Part shown: piece after piece, positions 1-5,939 of the stretch
Numbering within the stretch: position 1 is the first letter of the stretch
How the letters are laid out: the number at the start of each line of letters is the position of its first letter
Virus genome (UHGV): UHGV-0097031
Reading direction: 5' to 3' (one strand)
From: a virus
Length of the DNA stretch: 10,543 nucleotides
Translations under genes and position numbers: made by a program
Notes under the pieces: model-generated
What the model was told of the DNA's origin: nothing
What the model saw: the letters and a program-made list of their open reading frames with translations, nothing else
Database searches by the model: none

Positions 1-163
1 GTCGTCGCCGGGCGTGGCTGACCTGGCAGGTGGAGGCACCACCGCCACAACTCCTTTCAATTCATCATATAGCCGCTCAGGCTGTAACCCTTAATTAATA
101 CGAAGTTTCGACATCTCTATCGGTTTAACCGAGAGATGGTCGCGCGTGTAAAAAGGAGACGTT

Positions 164-739
164 ATGTTAATGGCGAACGATAACGCATATGCAGAAGAAG
201 ATCTCATTTTGAGTGACTTCATAGGGAAGCGGGAACGCTGGACCCAAAAGCGAGAGGAACTTTACGCCTCATTAGTTCGCAAAGGCGTCAATATCGAAAC
301 CGCACAGAGCGGCGATATGACAGTGGTAAGCGTTGGATTGCACGGTGTAAGCGTGTCAGCAATCAATCATGAGCCATACGTTGCGTTATCCGAGTCAATG
401 GTAAGGTTAGTTAAGTTCCTGAAGTACACAGAAGCGAATAATGTAATCATTGGCAAAAAGAATATCCCTTTTTCCTCGGCTTTTTACTGGATGATGAAAG
501 GGCTTGATGCCCGGCGGACATCATGGCCTAAAGGGAGCTATATATCGATGTTCCGTGGCAGCATTGGCAGCAAAGAAAAGCTCTTCGAATTCTTGCCGGA
601 AGAGGCATTCGATATTGTGGAAGGGTGCGATGTGATGGTTATGCCTCGGCTGGTAATGATGAATGGAGACTTACAGGCACAGACAGACTGGTTCGCCACT
701 GGCGTGGATATTATCGCGACTGACTGGGAGGCATTCTGA
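164..739 (+). CDS. Hypothetical protein with C-terminal DUF2829-like region
   Basis: 191-aa ORF; AGGAG (154-158) 5 nt upstream of ATG 164. C-terminal part (FSSAFYWMMKGLDARRTSWPKG ... TDWFATGVDIIATDWEAF) shares the F-S-x-A-x-x-W...G...RR..W..G start and W...D-[LI]-[LI]-A-x-DW end pattern with the clearer DUF2829 domain of the ORF at 8365-9042. By-eye comparison only. Confidence 0.55.
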   Translation: MLMANDNAYAEEDLILSDFIGKRERWTQKREELYASLVRKGVNIETAQSGDMTVVSVGLHGVSVSAINHEPYVALSESMVRLVKFLKYTEANNVIIGKKNIPFSSAFYWMMKGLDARRTSWPKGSYISMFRGSIGSKEKLFEFLPEEAFDIVEGCDVMVMPRLVMMNGDLQAQTDWFATGVDIIATDWEAF

Positions 740-1131
740 TGTACGAGACCACAAAATTAAGCATTCACGAAGTATCCAATGTGGAGTGGAATATCGTCAC
801 CTGTAAGATTGTATCGTGCAATGCTGCGCGTACTGATGCAGGCCATAAGAGTACGATAACAGGCTACATGGTAATGGCTTATAGGGGATTGAGAGTTCAC
901 TTTATCTGGAAAGCTCGGCAATTGACACCATTCAGAGAGCCGTCAATGCCATTAGAGGTAGAACAGGATTATTTAAGCCTGCCGGAAATAGACGGTGCAA
1001 CGCTGGTGGATTCTGATGGTCGTAAGGCTGATTTTGAAGTCAGCTTAAAGGTGGCGCAGGCCGTAATTAATAACTCACGTGGTAAGTGGATCGCTAAGGT
1101 AAAACACGTCGTTCGCTTATCTCGCTGGTAG
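739..1131 (+). CDS. Hypothetical protein
   Basis: 130-aa ORF; its ATG overlaps the upstream stop (TGATG at 737-741), suggesting translational coupling with the 164-739 gene. No recognisable motifs. Confidence 0.5.
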   Translation: MYETTKLSIHEVSNVEWNIVTCKIVSCNAARTDAGHKSTITGYMVMAYRGLRVHFIWKARQLTPFREPSMPLEVEQDYLSLPEIDGATLVDSDGRKADFEVSLKVAQAVINNSRGKWIAKVKHVVRLSRW

Positions 1132-1150
1132 TGTTAGATGAATGGAATTA

Positions 1151-1164
1151 ATTTTCTAATATAA
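1151..1164 (+). promoter_or_regulatory. Candidate repressor operator (ATTTTCTAATATAA) upstream of the packaging operon; a weaker inverted half-site lies at 1132-1142
   Basis: Member of a recurring TTTCTAA[C/T]A motif family also seen at 5563-5580, 5644-5658 (minus) and 6972-6987, all in intergenic positions before operons. From memory, the CTAATA core resembles the P1 C1 operator consensus ATTGCTCTAATAAATTT. Confidence 0.3.
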
Positions 1165-1239
1165 CCAACTTTTTGCCAGTCTATACAGAAATAACATTCT
1201 CATTATCATCCCCTCGGTCATTTCCTGCCTGGGGGATTA

Positions 1240-1632
1240 ATGGAGCATATCAGCAGCGCAGAAATTGCGGATATCATGATTAGGGCTGACTGCTATCTGA
1301 CAGTCACCGAAATCACCACTCTAGCTAAAGAAAAATATCCTCACCTTCATGTTTCACGAGTAAGTGTAACCAACATCATTCGGCATTTTGTGCGGTCAAG
1401 CCGAGCTATTTGTGAGCTTGATGATCGTGTTTACCCACGGAAATACTGGTTGCATGGCCTGAACGGATATCAGTTCAAGGTGCGCGGGCGCACGCCTGAA
1501 TACGGTAGCTTACTGGTTAAAAACTGTAGCAGGAAATCAGTCGAACAGGCGCGAAAAGAGCAACGAGAGCTGGTGGACATGGCGAATAAGCTGTGGAATG
1601 CCGCCGTTAAAAAGCGTGGTGTTGCTTTATGA
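1240..1632 (+). CDS. Hypothetical protein; positional candidate for a late-gene regulator (Lpa-like position upstream of pacA)
   Basis: 130-aa ORF; GGGGGA (1231-1236) just upstream of ATG 1240; its stop overlaps the downstream start (ATGA at 1629-1632). In P1 the gene before pacA is lpa (from memory); no sequence-level confirmation. Confidence 0.5.
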   Translation: MEHISSAEIADIMIRADCYLTVTEITTLAKEKYPHLHVSRVSVTNIIRHFVRSSRAICELDDRVYPRKYWLHGLNGYQFKVRGRTPEYGSLLVKNCSRKSVEQARKEQRELVDMANKLWNAAVKKRGVAL

Positions 1633-2993
1633 GTCTGGTTAATTGGGAGGAGCACCGCGCCCGCTTTATAGCGTTGCGTGAAGAAAAAGGGATCACTGTA
1701 AAGGAATACTGTGAGGAGCATGGCCTTAGCTTCAATACAGCCAGAAAGCATCTCAATATGAAAAAAAATGAGGTGCGGTCGCAGGTAAAGACAACAAAAA
1801 AAAGCACCAAATCACCTGAAAAAAAACGGGCGGGAAGAGCAACAAAAAAGCTGGAAGAGGGTGCAGAAAAAACAAAATTTACAGAAATTGACAATTCGCA
1901 GGGTGCAGGTTCTTTCCGAAGTATGCCAAGAAAGAAAACTTCGGATCATGAAAGTAATGCCAATAATAACAATGAGATAAAAGAATCTGTCAGGAGATCA
2001 TTGCGCGAAAAAATGGCGAAAATGATCCCCGAAGAAGATAAAAGCGCCCCAAAAATTGAGGGATCTTCAGCAATGATCCCTGGCGGTGCTGTGCAGCGTG
2101 CCACATTGCCCACTACGAATGTGGCTCGCGATATGATGAAGAACGGCGCAGAAGAACACCTGCGGTTAGCAATTCAAATGGCGCAAGAGCGCGCACTTCA
2201 GTATCAAAGCATTGTTGATCAGGAGGCCGAACGTCTACAGGCGGAAATAGACGCCTTGGGCGATAAAGAGCCAGAAGGAATGCACCCTGGGCAGCGCCTT
2301 CTCGGTCTAATCAGTGACGCGGCCTACTACATGAATGATTTTATCAGTAGGTTGGCAGCTATATATCAGTCCGAACAAAAGCTGCGACAGGGGGATGAAA
2401 AGCTTCGTCAGAGCGCTCGCCAGCAAGCATTCAAAGAGGCTGAGGCCAGAGAAAAACTCGAATTAGCACGCCTACAGGCCGAACAGCGTGGCAAAGAGAT
2501 TGAATATCGCATTGGCGCTGACGCACGCGCAGCCAGAGTTATCGCCGCCGCTATACGTATGCGTGAGCGCGAGGAACTGGATGATATCGGTGTTGCTGAA
2601 TACATCGAGCGCCAGGGGGTCAGCGTCCCGGCTATCCTCGCGGCGCGCGCGGCGAAAGCTATCACTCTTCTCGAACCACCTGTTTCTGACGTCAATGATG
2701 TTGATGATGAACAGCTGGACAAAGAGGCAAGGGAGTTTGCAACGCTTCAGGCTAACCATCCGCAATGGCTGGCAGAGCGCCGGGCGGATGTGGCAACCAT
2801 TGTTGAAGAATTGGGGTGCGGAGATTACGACCGCAATGGCGAGCGTAAAGCTGGAGAATTCGAGGCCAACGACGAAGAGCTGGATATTGACCCTTCGGCA
2901 ACGGCTGAAATTTACGGTGATTATGATGCATCTGATGCAGGGTATGACGCCGGAGATGATGATATCGCGATAGAACCGCCGGAGGATGATTAA
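1629..2993 (+). CDS. pacA: Terminase small subunit, PacA-like
   Basis: 454-aa ORF directly before and overlapping the large terminase gene (TAATG at 2991-2995). N-terminus (WEEHRARFIALREEKGITVKEYCEEHGLSFNTARKHL) looks like the HTH of small terminase subunits; Lys-rich linker, coiled-coil-like middle and strongly acidic C-terminal tail. Confidence 0.65.
   Translation: MSLVNWEEHRARFIALREEKGITVKEYCEEHGLSFNTARKHLNMKKNEVRSQVKTTKKSTKSPEKKRAGRATKKLEEGAEKTKFTEIDNSQGAGSFRSMPRKKTSDHESNANNNNEIKESVRRSLREKMAKMIPEEDKSAPKIEGSSAMIPGGAVQRATLPTTNVARDMMKNGAEEHLRLAIQMAQERALQYQSIVDQEAERLQAEIDALGDKEPEGMHPGQRLLGLISDAAYYMNDFISRLAAIYQSEQKLRQGDEKLRQSARQQAFKEAEAREKLELARLQAEQRGKEIEYRIGADARAARVIAAAIRMREREELDDIGVAEYIERQGVSVPAILAARAAKAITLLEPPVSDVNDVDDEQLDKEAREFATLQANHPQWLAERRADVATIVEELGCGDYDRNGERKAGEFEANDEELDIDPSATAEIYGDYDASDAGYDAGDDDIAIEPPEDD
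1943..2079. other. Candidate pac (packaging initiation) site: cluster of GATC-containing hexamers inside pacA
   Basis: Five GATC hexamers in 137 bp: GGATCA (1943-1948) and AGATCA (1995-2000) on the left, TGATCC (2023-2028), GGATCT (2061-2066) and TGATCC (2074-2079) on the right, arranged roughly as mirror images; AATGATCCC occurs twice (2021-2029, 2072-2080). P1 pac lies inside pacA and is built from Dam-methylatable TGATCA/G hexamers flanking the cut site (from memory). Confidence 0.3.
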
Positions 2994-4480
2994 TGGCTGG
3001 AGGGCGCAAGATTAAATGCGTCACCAGCGATCCACGCTGGCGCGATATGGTAATCAAATACCGCTACAACTTTACCCAGGCTGTTGTCGATATTTTTGGG
3101 ATGTTCCCCTCCCACCAGCAGCAGCAGATCATTCAGTCCGTGCAGGAAACGGGGAGTAGGACGACCGTCACGTCCGGACACGGAACGGGGAAGTCGTCCC
3201 TTACCGCGATGTTGCTGTTGATTTTCATGATCCTGTTCCCCGATGCCCGTGTCATCATTGTTGCTAACAAGATAGGCCAGGTAAAAACAGGCGTATTCAA
3301 ATACGTTAAACAGTATTGGGCGAATGTAGTTAAGCGTCATGGGTGGTTGCAGACCTATTTTGTCCTCTCTGACACCATGTTTTATGAGCGCTCCCGTAAG
3401 GGGATTTGGGAAGTTCTCTGCAAAGGTTATCGACTCGGCAACGAAGAAGCGCTGGCGGGTGAACACGCGGCACATTTGCTTCTAATTCTGGATGAAGCAT
3501 CTGGTATATCTGATAAGGCGATCGGCGTAATGACCGGTGCTCTTACTGAAGAAGATAACCGGATGTTGATGCTATCCCAGCCAACAAGGCCAAGTGGTTA
3601 TTTCTACGATTCGCACCATTCTCAAGCAAAAACCCCAGACAACCCGAAAGGGATCTGGACAGCAATTGTTCTTAACTCGGAAGAATCACCGTTCGTCACA
3701 CCACAATTCATCAAGCAGAAGCTTCTGGAATATGGCGGGCGCGATTCTATTGAGTACATGGTCAAGGTGCTTGGTCAGTTCCCACGAGAAATTAACGGCT
3801 ATTTGCTTGGTCGTGATGAATGCGATCGCGCTGCTCGCCGCAAGGTGTTGTTGGAGAAAAACTGGGGATGGGTGGCAACGGCTGACGTTGGTAATGGGCG
3901 AGATAAGTCGGTCCTCAACATCTGCAAGGTATCTGGTCACAGGGATAAGCGGCGCGTTGTTAACTTTAAGGTAATGGAGATGCCTGGCACTATGGACCCA
4001 TTGGCCTTTGCTGACTTCATATATAACGAATGTACGCCGGAAAAATACCCGAATATAACAATCGCGGTTGATGCTGATGGTTTTGGTTCTGATACGTGTG
4101 CGCAGTTGGTGCGTCGTGGTGCGAACCCGGTACGTATTCGGTGGGGAAAACCCATGTTTGCGAACAAAGACAGGGAGCGATTTGTTAATCAGCGTGCCTA
4201 CGCAAATATTATGGCGCGAGATGCCATAAAGTCAGGGCGTATGCGGATAGACAGTGACCCTAAAACGGCAGAGCAAGCGTCAAAAATCCCCTTTTTACTG
4301 AATGAAGAAGGGAAAATGGCGATGATGCGCAAAGAGCACATGCGGCAAAAGCTAAACATCAAATCGCCTGACCGATGGGATACCTACTGCTTCACTATGC
4401 TGGTGGACTATGTGCCTGCTAATGAAGATATTGGTGCCGAAATGGCAACTTTCCGAGATCAGGTTCTGGTGGATATATAA
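2993..4480 (+). CDS. pacB: Terminase large subunit, PacB-like (ATPase plus nuclease)
   Basis: 495-aa ORF; GGAGGA (2981-2986) 6 nt before ATG. P-loop TSGHGTGKSS, Walker B LLLILDEASGI, Asp-rich C-terminal half (e.g. VDADGFGSD) consistent with the terminase nuclease domain; size and position match P1 PacB (from memory). Confidence 0.85.
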   Translation: MAGGRKIKCVTSDPRWRDMVIKYRYNFTQAVVDIFGMFPSHQQQQIIQSVQETGSRTTVTSGHGTGKSSLTAMLLLIFMILFPDARVIIVANKIGQVKTGVFKYVKQYWANVVKRHGWLQTYFVLSDTMFYERSRKGIWEVLCKGYRLGNEEALAGEHAAHLLLILDEASGISDKAIGVMTGALTEEDNRMLMLSQPTRPSGYFYDSHHSQAKTPDNPKGIWTAIVLNSEESPFVTPQFIKQKLLEYGGRDSIEYMVKVLGQFPREINGYLLGRDECDRAARRKVLLEKNWGWVATADVGNGRDKSVLNICKVSGHRDKRRVVNFKVMEMPGTMDPLAFADFIYNECTPEKYPNITIAVDADGFGSDTCAQLVRRGANPVRIRWGKPMFANKDRERFVNQRAYANIMARDAIKSGRMRIDSDPKTAEQASKIPFLLNEEGKMAMMRKEHMRQKLNIKSPDRWDTYCFTMLVDYVPANEDIGAEMATFRDQVLVDI

Positions 4481-4481
4481 A

Positions 4482-4498
4482 GCCCCGCGATGCGGGGC
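4482..4498. terminator. Bidirectional intrinsic terminator between convergent pacB and the 4508-5545 gene
   Basis: Perfect hairpin GCCCCGC-GAT-GCGGGGC starting 2 nt after the pacB stop (4478-4480) and 9 nt before the minus-strand gene's stop (4508-4510); the minus strand has a T-rich run (TTTATATAT) after the stem, the plus strand only a weak one. Confidence 0.6.
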
Positions 4499-4507
4499 CG
4501 GTTGTGA

Positions 4508-5545
4508 TTACCAGAGCTTCGCGGCGTACTGCGTTTGGGGGAATGTGTATCCGTAACGTTCTTCGATTGCTTTGCCGTATTTTTTACGAGCTTCATTCAG
4601 TTTTATGCCGGTCAGGTCGTCTCCAGAGGCCATCATTACGTCTAACAATTCCAGATCCATTTTATCCAGCCTTGCCATTGCTTCACGTGATGTACGTATC
4701 TTACGCTCAATGATATGGCGAATAGCCGGATCGGCATCCTCCAGCATCTTAGCGGATTTCTGCTTAAGGCTTTCATTGCGAATATCGATGTTCCTTAAGA
4801 TGTACGACTTCGCAACGTAGCTTGGCTGGTGTTTTTCCAGGTCACGAACACGATATAAGTTAAAATCGCCGAGAAGGCTGCAAGGTACCGATTCGACGCC
4901 AGAATAAATTGTAATGCTCCGGCGCTCACCAACATTATTGACAACGGGGATCGTTGTCTTCGGTAGTCTTGCGAAAACCAATGCGCCATGTGCGCCAACT
5001 CTAAAGCGAGAAAGGGCATTGCTGCCTTCGATGTTTGTTGTCAGCACAACATCTGTATATGCCTCTTTACGCGCCCGGTAGATCTCGCCTTCAGGCTCAG
5101 CTTCAAAGAAGCGCTGTTCTTCTTCAAGAGCACCTACGATTTGAGAAAAAACCCTATTTTTCAGGCTTTTCTTTATGATTTTGTCGTATTTTTTGAGCAA
5201 TTGTTCACGTGTAAATGTACGTGTTGTTGTAGCGCTTTGCACAACAACATGCGTGCTTTGATTGGTGTCCTCAATGATGAATGGGATCGGAGAATATACA
5301 GACTCAACAATGTTCGACGCTTTGCCGTCGGCATCGCGGCACATGTCAACGAAGGCTTTCCATTCAGCAAGACATTTTTCAGCTTCTTCTAATATGTTTT
5401 GGTCATGCGTTAATGCAACATGGCGGAATTCCTCGCCAGCATAACTGGTATCATGGAAAACAGAGTTTGCGACCACCAGCTCTTTCCACCGTTCAGCGGT
5501 TTGCAGGAACCGTTTGTACTCTTTCTCGATCGACTTCTTACTCAT
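4508..5545 (-). CDS. Hypothetical 345-aa protein in the immunity-region position (between pacB and lox-cre); candidate immunity repressor or accessory gene
   Basis: Longest ORF in this interval; AGGA 5 nt upstream of its ATG (minus strand); own AT-rich upstream region with paired operator-like inverted repeats; convergent with pacB and divergent from cre, as in the P1 immC region. I could not recognise any conserved domain by eye. Confidence 0.7.
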   Translation of the reverse strand: MSKKSIEKEYKRFLQTAERWKELVVANSVFHDTSYAGEEFRHVALTHDQNILEEAEKCLAEWKAFVDMCRDADGKASNIVESVYSPIPFIIEDTNQSTHVVVQSATTTRTFTREQLLKKYDKIIKKSLKNRVFSQIVGALEEEQRFFEAEPEGEIYRARKEAYTDVVLTTNIEGSNALSRFRVGAHGALVFARLPKTTIPVVNNVGERRSITIYSGVESVPCSLLGDFNLYRVRDLEKHQPSYVAKSYILRNIDIRNESLKQKSAKMLEDADPAIRHIIERKIRTSREAMARLDKMDLELLDVMMASGDDLTGIKLNEARKKYGKAIEERYGYTFPQTQYAAKLW

Positions 5546-5562
5546 TATTCCTACTCGATTTA

Positions 5563-5662
5563 GTTTTCTAACATAAAATTACTATGACAAATTTATGTCG
5601 AATAACAGAGTGAGTAAAGGATCGAACTGTGATTTTTTGTCATCAATTTTAGAAAACCAACT
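5563..5662. repeat. Pair of ~28-30 bp imperfect inverted repeats (candidate operators) in the promoter region of the 4508-5545 gene
   Basis: Left arm (plus, 5563-5591) GTTTTCTAACATAAAATTACTATGACAAA; right arm read on the minus strand (5636-5658) GGTTTTCTAAAATTGATGACAAA. Blocks GTTTTCTAA, AAAATT and ATGACAAA are identical, with two small indels; the arms flank a ~44-bp centre. Confidence 0.45.
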
Positions 5663-5754
5663 GTATAAACCACGCTTCGCAAATTAAAGACCATGAAGGC
5701 AACGTGTTACTGGTCAGAATCAATCTGTGATGGATTAAAAAAAATCGCCATTTT

Positions 5755-5788
5755 ATAACTTTAAATAATTGGCATTATTTAAAGTTAG
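5755..5788. other. lox-like recombination site (13-bp inverted arms, 8-bp spacer)
   Basis: ATAACTTTAAATA - ATTGGCAT - TATTTAAAGTTAG; the arms are inverted repeats of each other at 12 of 13 positions, and the outer ATAACTT is identical to the outer 7 bp of the loxP arms (loxP: ATAACTTCGTATA). Lies 152 bp upstream of the Cre-family gene. Confidence 0.65.
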
Positions 5789-5796
5789 GCTATAAT
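5769..5796 (+). promoter_or_regulatory. Candidate sigma70 promoter reading toward cre, overlapping the lox spacer and right arm
   Basis: -35 TTGGCA (5769-5774), 16-bp spacer, -10 TATAAT (5791-5796); a TGATCA Dam-type hexamer at 5807-5812 lies just downstream. Confidence 0.4.
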
Positions 5797-5939
5797 TATG
5801 GGTAGATGATCAGTATTGACATCACTGAAAATACGTGCCTCGAATCAAAGGCTTGAATCTTGAAAATTAACTTATAGCTACCCTGTCATTTTTATATTTT
5901 TCGCGTAGCGTCATCTGTATATAGAGGTTAAATAGTTTC

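Noticed and set aside
2-98. Partial ORF running in from the left window edge (stop near 92-94 or 96-98)
   Set aside because: Only ~30 codons are visible and two frames are open to the edge; too little to assign a frame or product.
1470-3475. Alternative-frame and antisense ORFs overlapping pacA/pacB (1470-1751 -, 1607-1894 -, 2408-2722 -, 2472-2765 -, 2488-2973 +, 2752-3057 -, 2990-3475 -)
   Set aside because: All lie inside the much longer terminase small/large subunit ORFs, which carry recognisable motifs and coupled start/stop overlaps; these have low-complexity Ser/Arg/Ala-rich translations typical of shadow frames.
3594-4167. ORFs 3594-3974 +, 3686-3940 - and 3937-4167 - inside pacB
   Set aside because: Shadow ORFs within the large terminase coding region; no RBS and no motifs.
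4826-4843. Rx4H (RDLEKH, residues 234-239) in the 345-aa protein as a possible HEPN RNase motif
   Set aside because: A six-residue pattern occurs too easily by chance; no other HEPN-like features were recognisable, so I do not call it.
4508-5545. Calling the 345-aa protein a P1 C1 ortholog on sequence grounds
   Set aside because: I cannot reproduce the P1 C1 sequence reliably from memory and see no motif that establishes homology; only position and nearby operator-like repeats support a repressor role, so it is left as a hypothesis.
4504-5571. Plus-strand ORFs (4504-4713, 4572-4820, 4988-5392, 5262-5444, 5281-5571) and minus-strand ORFs (4795-5019, 5173-5370) overlapping the 345-aa gene
   Set aside because: The minus-strand 4508-5545 ORF spans the whole interval, has an AGGA RBS and sits between a terminator and a promoter region; the overlapping ORFs are shorter, Cys/Phe-rich or low-complexity and lack start signals.
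5737-5744. A8 tract immediately left of the lox site as a phase-variation switch
   Set aside because: Intergenic, not within a coding frame or an obvious promoter spacer; more likely part of the AT-rich DNA flanking the recombination site.
5692-5757. 21-codon mini-ORF (MKATCYWSESICDGLKKIAIL) between the operator repeats and lox
   Set aside because: Very short, weak RBS, and overlaps the lox left arm; more likely a chance frame in AT-rich regulatory DNA. Cannot be fully excluded without ribosome profiling.
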